From positions 8,032,001 through 8,096,000 of the forward strand of contig OZ244999.1 in assembly GCA_965223265.1 (NCBI GenBank): a DNA stretch of 64,000 bases, read 5' to 3'. A program made the position numbers and the translations under genes. Below the pieces are notes generated by a model. It was not told the DNA's origin. It worked only from the letters and a program-made list of their open reading frames with translations, and did no database searches. This DNA comes from Planctomycetota bacterium. GTDB taxonomy: Bacteria; Planctomycetota; UBA8108; SXIK01. Of the stretch, positions 58,674-64,000 are shown piece after piece; position 1 is the first letter of the stretch, and each line of letters starts with the position of its first letter.

Positions 58674-59336
58674 GTGTACGACCAACGCAAGACTGTTCGC
58701 GTCACAGTCGCTGACGTGATCCGAGTGCTGTGTTTCCCTGTTGTCTTGTTTTCGTCAGCGGCCTTATCCGCTTCAGATGTGGACCTGAGCGGTGAGATGA
58801 CTGGCGACTGCAACCTTGACCGGCGTGTCGATATCTCCGACGCCATACAGTCCCTGACGTTTCAGTTCCAAGACAACGAGGTCGAGATCTGCTACGCGCT
58901 CTGTGACGTGGATCGTGACGGCTTGTTGTCGGTGTCGGATGCGATCGCACTGTTGAACGTCTTGTTCATCGATGAAGGAACGTTGCCACCGCACGCGCAG
59001 CATCCGGTGGAGATCTGCGATGGTCTCGACAATGACTGTGACGGCGAGTTCGACGAAGGCTGCTTGGACACCAGCGGTGCCAGCCTCGGTCTCGCCTGGG
59101 ACGCTGTGTCGACTGACGCGGACGGAGAGCCTGAGAACCTCCGCGGTTATCGGCTCTACATCGGAGTTGAGCCGGGCGACTACATGTGGGTGCGAGAAGT
59201 CGGGGCGCTGCCGCAGGCGCGAATCGAGGGATTGCTTCCCGGCCAGACATACTTCTTCGCGGTCAGCGCTGTCGACATTCACGACAACGAGAGCCGCCGT
59301 TCTGGCGAGGTCGCGGCCACGACCTCAATGCCGTAG
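58674..59336 (+). CDS. Secreted protein: dockerin-like + MopE-like metal-binding motif + FN3
   Basis: GDCNLDRRVDISDAI, EICDGLDNDCDGEFDE, LAWD...GYRLY...YFFAVSAVD. Confidence 0.82.
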   Translation: MYDQRKTVRVTVADVIRVLCFPVVLFSSAALSASDVDLSGEMTGDCNLDRRVDISDAIQSLTFQFQDNEVEICYALCDVDRDGLLSVSDAIALLNVLFIDEGTLPPHAQHPVEICDGLDNDCDGEFDEGCLDTSGASLGLAWDAVSTDADGEPENLRGYRLYIGVEPGDYMWVREVGALPQARIEGLLPGQTYFFAVSAVDIHDNESRRSGEVAATTSMP

Positions 59337-59368
59337 CAGCTGCGGTCTGACTCAGCGAACGATACTTT

Positions 59369-60691
59369 TCAAGCCGGCTCGAGCTGGCTCTTGTGCGGCG
59401 GCGCTTCCAGCTCTTGGCGCTGCACTGGAGCTGCGGGCGAGTTCGCGGCTTGAGCGGCCAACCGCTCCATGCAGATGGTGAGCATGAGATAGTGCCACAG
59501 CATCTCGTTGTACTGCATGTTGAGGAACGTGCCGCCCACGGCAAATGACCAGAGCGCGCTCTCAAGTGCAACCGCGAAGCGGCTGAGGGTTTGGAGATCC
59601 GCCCGCTCGGGGTGACGCTTCGCGAGACGAGCCACGCGACGGCAGCTGCGGAATGACTGAGCGAAAACCCACAGAAAAAGAATGAGCCCGGGATATCCTA
59701 GCTCAGCCAGAAGGCCGAACCAGACGCTGTGTACCGCGCGCTCGTTGCCGTAGAGGCCGAGGGTCGGATCGAACTGGTCGTATGCCGACTCATAGCCTTG
59801 AAAGCCAACTCCGACCCAGGGCGAGTCTGCCGCCATGTCCTTGGCGACTTCCCAAAGGTGAAGGCGGCTGAGAGCCGATGATTCCTCCTCTTCGCGAAAC
59901 GTAACGATCGTCTCCATGCGTTCCCAGAACGCCGACGGAAGGAGTGGCAGAACGATGCAGCCGATGAGGACAAACGACGCGAGGATACGCATCTTGCGTC
60001 GGCTGCGCAGCCAGAAGAAGCCAGCGAGGGCTCCGCAGGCCAGGAAGCCACCGCGCGAGAAAGTCGTCAGCGCACGATAGACGATGCCGATGGTCACGAA
60101 TCCGAAGAATCGCCGTGCCCACGTCCGCGTCGCTGTTTGGCCGAGCACGACAACGACTGGGGTCAGCATGAGCATGCCAACTGCGACCATGTTGTTGTCC
60201 CCGAGGAAGGGGATGGAATTCGTGTTGGGTGCGCCGGGCTCGAAGATCATCGACGTCCAGCCTTGCTTGCAGCTTTCCGCGGCCAGACTCAGCGCGATGA
60301 TGAGCAGAGTCGTCTTGAGACGCGCCGCGGAGTCAACGAGCACGACCATACAGTACGAGATCAGCATGATGCGGAGGAACGGCTCGTACCACGCCCAGCT
60401 GACGTCGCGATCTGCAGCCAGCCACGTCGAAAGACCGCAGTGCAGGACAAAGAAGAGTACGACGGTGAGACGGCGATTCCAAAAGAGACGGCTTTTCGAG
60501 AAGAGGGTCGTTACGACGACGCAGACGCCGAGCACCAGGGACAGTCGAAGCGAGAGAATCACGCTCGACCAAACCCACTCTTCAGGCCTAAAGTACGCGT
60601 TCCACAGATAGAAGAGCAGGGTGGGGAATGCCCCATGCAGCGCGTAGAAGGCGCCGACAACGATCATGGCAAAGGCGAGTATCGTGCGCAT
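59369..60691 (-). CDS. O-antigen ligase/polymerase family protein (exosortase A system-associated O-glycosylation ligase-like)
   Basis: About 11 TM helices, GDNN, TFSRGG, SALSRLHLW, HSVWFGLLAELG. Confidence 0.87.
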   Translation of the reverse strand: MRTILAFAMIVVGAFYALHGAFPTLLFYLWNAYFRPEEWVWSSVILSLRLSLVLGVCVVVTTLFSKSRLFWNRRLTVVLFFVLHCGLSTWLAADRDVSWAWYEPFLRIMLISYCMVVLVDSAARLKTTLLIIALSLAAESCKQGWTSMIFEPGAPNTNSIPFLGDNNMVAVGMLMLTPVVVVLGQTATRTWARRFFGFVTIGIVYRALTTFSRGGFLACGALAGFFWLRSRRKMRILASFVLIGCIVLPLLPSAFWERMETIVTFREEEESSALSRLHLWEVAKDMAADSPWVGVGFQGYESAYDQFDPTLGLYGNERAVHSVWFGLLAELGYPGLILFLWVFAQSFRSCRRVARLAKRHPERADLQTLSRFAVALESALWSFAVGGTFLNMQYNEMLWHYLMLTICMERLAAQAANSPAAPVQRQELEAPPHKSQLEPA

Positions 60692-60696
60692 GACTG

Positions 60697-61320
60697 TTAG
60701 ACTTGGGTTTGCTCTTCAGAAGTCGCGCTTGCGTGTGTCGCGGCGTCCGATCCTGAGTCGGCACGCGCGATCACAGCCGCAGGTACGCCAACGGCGACCG
60801 AATGATCGGGAATTGGTTTGGTGACGACGGCCCCGGCGCCGATGACGCAGTATTTGCCGACGTCGCGTAGGACGATCGCGCCGCTGCCGATCCACGTCCC
60901 TTCTCCGACGCGGACGCACGAATACTTGTTGTCGCGCGCACGAGGGGGCACGCCTGGCTCGACTGCATGGGTGTTGCCGCCGCTTGGAATCACCACTTGG
61001 TCGGCAAGCATGACGTCACGTTCGAGATGGACCCAACCGAGGCTGCAGCCTCGGCCGATATAGACATGCGACGCGAGAGTTGCTTCCAGCTTGCTGAAGT
61101 GGGAGCCGCAGCCGATCTGTACGTGGGGACTGGCGTCGCGCAAGACCTTCGAATAGACAGCAGCTCGAAGGTAGATTCCCACGTAGCCTGTCATCCGCGC
61201 CAAACGTTCGGTGAGCCCGAGGAACGCCTTGTCTTGCCCAAGAAGGCGCCGGGCAACGCGGTAGCGAAAGAGTGCCGCGGAGGCGTAGAGACTAAAGGCA
61301 GCGCGCAGGAACGATCTCAT
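60697..61320 (-). CDS. Hexapeptide-repeat acyltransferase
   Basis: VGEGTWIGSGAIV...IGAGAVVTKPIP...GVPA. Confidence 0.9.
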   Translation of the reverse strand: MRSFLRAAFSLYASAALFRYRVARRLLGQDKAFLGLTERLARMTGYVGIYLRAAVYSKVLRDASPHVQIGCGSHFSKLEATLASHVYIGRGCSLGWVHLERDVMLADQVVIPSGGNTHAVEPGVPPRARDNKYSCVRVGEGTWIGSGAIVLRDVGKYCVIGAGAVVTKPIPDHSVAVGVPAAVIARADSGSDAATHASATSEEQTQV

Positions 61321-61377
61321 GAATCTAACCCGATAGAGTTGCGATCTTTCTTTGGTCTTGCTGAGGCTAGGCTTGTG

Positions 61378-63321
61378 TCATCCAGGGGTGTCGGCGGACT
61401 GGCGGACGAGCTCGACCGTCTCTTCTTCGGTGGTCGCCGGTGGAGACGTTCGCAGTCCGTCCAACCAGCTCTTCAGCGACCAGAGTGCCCAGAGGGTCAT
61501 GCCGTGATTGTGGCTGCCGTTGAGATGTTGGAGCCATACGGCCCGAGCTCGTTCGCGGTCGATCCAGCCCAGGTCGCTCCCTGCCGAGAAGAGCGAATCT
61601 TCGAAAGACTTTCGGAGTGCGGTTCTGAACCAGTTGTCGATCGGCATGTGAAACCCGCGTTTGGGTAAGTTTCGAACTTCCGCTGGTAGGTAGCGCCCAG
61701 CGAGCTTGCGCAGGAGATGTTTCGAAACTCCGGGGCGCGTTTTGATGCGCGACGGAATCGACAGTGCGAGTTCAATCACGCGTTTCGACAGAAGGGGTGA
61801 ACGCACTTCAAGTCCGTGTGCCATGCTCATGCGATCGACTTTGACGAGCACGTCCTCGGTCATGTAGAAGCCGACATCGGCACGCATGATGGCGCCGAAC
61901 GCGTCGCCGTCGGCGCCGGCGCGGTACACCTGGCGGATGTGTTCTTCGACGGCCTCTCCCTGGGCCGCGATATCAGGAGCGAGTTCGCTGGCAAGCGAAG
62001 GCGCCGTAAAGCAGAGGTCAGCGTAGAACGCTGCGTCTTCGTCGATCGCGATGTTGCGGAACACGGTGGACAGCCTTAAGACGCGCGGCAGATCGTGACG
62101 ATCCGGCCAGACGCGCGCTAACCAGCGCATGATGCTGCGTCGGAACCAGGACGGCAGGCAAGCCCGCAGTTTCGCGTCGCGTTGGTGCGGAAAATAGCGA
62201 AAGTCGTAGCCACCGAACGGCTCGTCGCCTCCGTCTCCTGTGAGCGCCACCGTGACGTGCTCTTTCGCCGCCTTCGAGACGTACCACGTCGGTATGGCGG
62301 AAGAGTCAGCGAACGGTTCACCAAAGTGCCGCGGCAGTTGTCGCACAAGTTCCTCAACTCGGGGGGTGACCAAGACTTCCTGATGGTCGGTGTGGAGGTG
62401 CTGTGCGACCTGACTCGCGGCTTCGAGTTCGCCGGGTTCGCCGTCGAAACTGGCGGTGATCGTCTTCACCCCCGGGCCCAGCTGCTCCGACAGTAGACTC
62501 ACCACCAGGCCTGAGTCGATGCCGCCGGAGAGAAAGGCCCCGAGCGGAACTTCGCTCATGAGTCGATCGGTGACCGCGGCGCGAAGCTCGGCGTCGATCG
62601 CTTCGACGGCCTCCTCTTCACTGTAGTCGTTGTTGACGCCAACGGTCGCTGGGTCCCAATAACGGCGTTTGTGTACGCCGCTGGCGTCGACGACGCAGCA
62701 TTCGCCGGGCCGGAGTTTCTCGACGTCGTTGTAGATACTCCAAGGCGATGGTACGTAACCCAGACGCAGATAGAATGCCCAGGCGGTTGAGTCGAATTCT
62801 CCTTGCCAGTCCGTCGCGGCGGTCAAGGCGCTGAGCTCTGAGGCGAAGTCAAGGATTCCACGTCGCCATCGCAGATAGAGCGGTTTCTTGCCGACGTGGT
62901 CACGTGCTAGAAACAGAGTGCGCTCGCGTGTGTCGAGGAGGGCGAACGAGAACATGCCTTCGAGGCGTTCGACGCAGCGATCTCCCCACTTCGCAAAAGC
63001 GGCGAGGATCACCTCGGTGTCCGAGTCGGTCTGGAAGTCGTAGTCTCCGACGAGCTCGTCGCGCAGCCGACGGTAGTTGTAGATCTCGCCGTTGAACGTT
63101 ATCCAGAACCGCCCACCCACGCCGCTCATGGGCTGTTGTCCAGTTTTGAGATCGATGATCGCCAAACGCCGATGCCCCAGGACGGCAAGGGGAGTTCGAT
63201 CGACGATGCCGCCAGCGTCCGGGCCGCGATGAAGAACCGATTGGGTCATCGCGGCGACTTCCATCGTCGCGTTTGGCTCGAGTCTGGCTTGTGGAGAGAA
63301 TCTGCCAGCTATTCCGCACAT
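61378..63321 (-). CDS. asnB: Asparagine synthase (glutamine-hydrolysing) family amidotransferase, EPS-associated
   Basis: MCGIAG, HRRLAIIDL, FNGEIYNY, LSGGIDS, GDGGDE, KVDRMSMAHGLEVRSP. Confidence 0.95.
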   Translation of the reverse strand: MCGIAGRFSPQARLEPNATMEVAAMTQSVLHRGPDAGGIVDRTPLAVLGHRRLAIIDLKTGQQPMSGVGGRFWITFNGEIYNYRRLRDELVGDYDFQTDSDTEVILAAFAKWGDRCVERLEGMFSFALLDTRERTLFLARDHVGKKPLYLRWRRGILDFASELSALTAATDWQGEFDSTAWAFYLRLGYVPSPWSIYNDVEKLRPGECCVVDASGVHKRRYWDPATVGVNNDYSEEEAVEAIDAELRAAVTDRLMSEVPLGAFLSGGIDSGLVVSLLSEQLGPGVKTITASFDGEPGELEAASQVAQHLHTDHQEVLVTPRVEELVRQLPRHFGEPFADSSAIPTWYVSKAAKEHVTVALTGDGGDEPFGGYDFRYFPHQRDAKLRACLPSWFRRSIMRWLARVWPDRHDLPRVLRLSTVFRNIAIDEDAAFYADLCFTAPSLASELAPDIAAQGEAVEEHIRQVYRAGADGDAFGAIMRADVGFYMTEDVLVKVDRMSMAHGLEVRSPLLSKRVIELALSIPSRIKTRPGVSKHLLRKLAGRYLPAEVRNLPKRGFHMPIDNWFRTALRKSFEDSLFSAGSDLGWIDRERARAVWLQHLNGSHNHGMTLWALWSLKSWLDGLRTSPPATTEEETVELVRQSADTPG

Positions 63322-64000
63322 GATGGCTCTTCAACCTCGTGCGCCCGTGACCGCTGCCGCGTCACCAGTTGTTCATAGATTGAGACGTACTGAGAAGCGA
63401 TGCGCTCGATCGAGAAACGTTCCGCCACTCTGCTGTGCGCGGCGTCGCTGAGGCGGGTTGCCAGTTCGCCGTCCGTGAGGACGGTTTCGAGGGCTGTGGC
63501 GTAGGCGTTGACGAATTCTTCAGGAAGCGTTGAGTCGTCCGTCGACACCTTCGCTGGCTGCTCGACAAGGACGGCGCTTTGACCGTCGCTTAGAATCTCA
63601 GGAATGCCGCCGACGGCCGTGGACACGATCGGTACCCGTGCAACCATGGCTTCCAGAATCGTCATCGGGGTACCTTCGCTCAACGACGACAGCGCGAAGA
63701 CGTCGAATTCGGGCAGCAGGGTTTCCACATCGGATCGTTGGCCAAGGAAGTGCACGTGGTCGCGAACCCCCAGGGCGTCGACGTGCTGCTCGAGACGTGC
63801 GCGCTCTGGGCCGCCGCCGACGATGATCAGTGCAACATCCGCATGCCGCTTTGTTAGCTCCGCGACAGAAGAGATCAGCAAGCGCTGATTCTTGATTGGA
63901 TCGAGACGGCCGACGGTCCCGACGAGCCGCGTCTGTGGCGACGACTTCAGTTTTGCCAGCGCTGCCGTTGTGCGTGGTTGGCTTTCGGTACTGTGCGGGA
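63309..64000 (-). CDS. GT4 glycosyltransferase, 5' end beyond the window
   Basis: VGTVGRLDPIKNQ, SSLSEGTPMTILEAM, VGGIPE; frame open to the right edge. Confidence 0.93.
   Translation of the reverse strand, partial: PHSTESQPRTTAALAKLKSSPQTRLVGTVGRLDPIKNQRLLISSVAELTKRHADVALIIVGGGPERARLEQHVDALGVRDHVHFLGQRSDVETLLPEFDVFALSSLSEGTPMTILEAMVARVPIVSTAVGGIPEILSDGQSAVLVEQPAKVSTDDSTLPEEFVNAYATALETVLTDGELATRLSDAAHSRVAERFSIERIASQYVSIYEQLVTRQRSRAHEVEEPSCAE

Noticed and set aside
1-64000. tRNA/rRNA genes, transposases, integrases, prophage
   Set aside because: No recognisable motifs by eye; a divergent tRNA cannot be excluded without tRNAscan-SE.

Overview
GC-rich bacterial chromosomal segment, probably from an uncultured Planctomycetota-like lineage. 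This is inferred from recurrent dockerin-like Ca-binding modules, FG-GAP proteins and a Tat-exported Gfo/Idh/MocA enzyme. About 43 genes are supported: an ABC/PDZ/FG-GAP operon, acs, a giant LptC/LptA-like protein, tatA, parA-parB, TolC, an M28 peptidase, FIST, AGT, GPx, JAB, cytochrome c peroxidase, glyA, several dockerin-like secreted proteins, FHA and PAS signalling proteins, and the end of an exosortase/PEP-CTERM-type exopolysaccharide cluster. Highlights: (1) A 1.12-kb centromere-like array of 26 parS palindromes (TGTTCCACGTGGAACA) lies directly upstream of parAB. It is built from reshuffled spacer families with ~232-bp and ~177-bp higher-order periods, and a consensus sigma-54 promoter points into it. 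(2) Two genes split by the ORF caller are probable secreted selenoproteins with in-frame TGA at the catalytic Cys position: a glutathione peroxidase and an unusual HEAT-repeat/UxxC-redoxin fusion. They have similarly placed SECIS-like hairpins and share a motif. (3) A candidate structured ncRNA follows a strong sigma-70 promoter. (4) A priming glycosyltransferase homolog lacks its catalytic motifs. All calls come from visual motif recognition; no searches were run.
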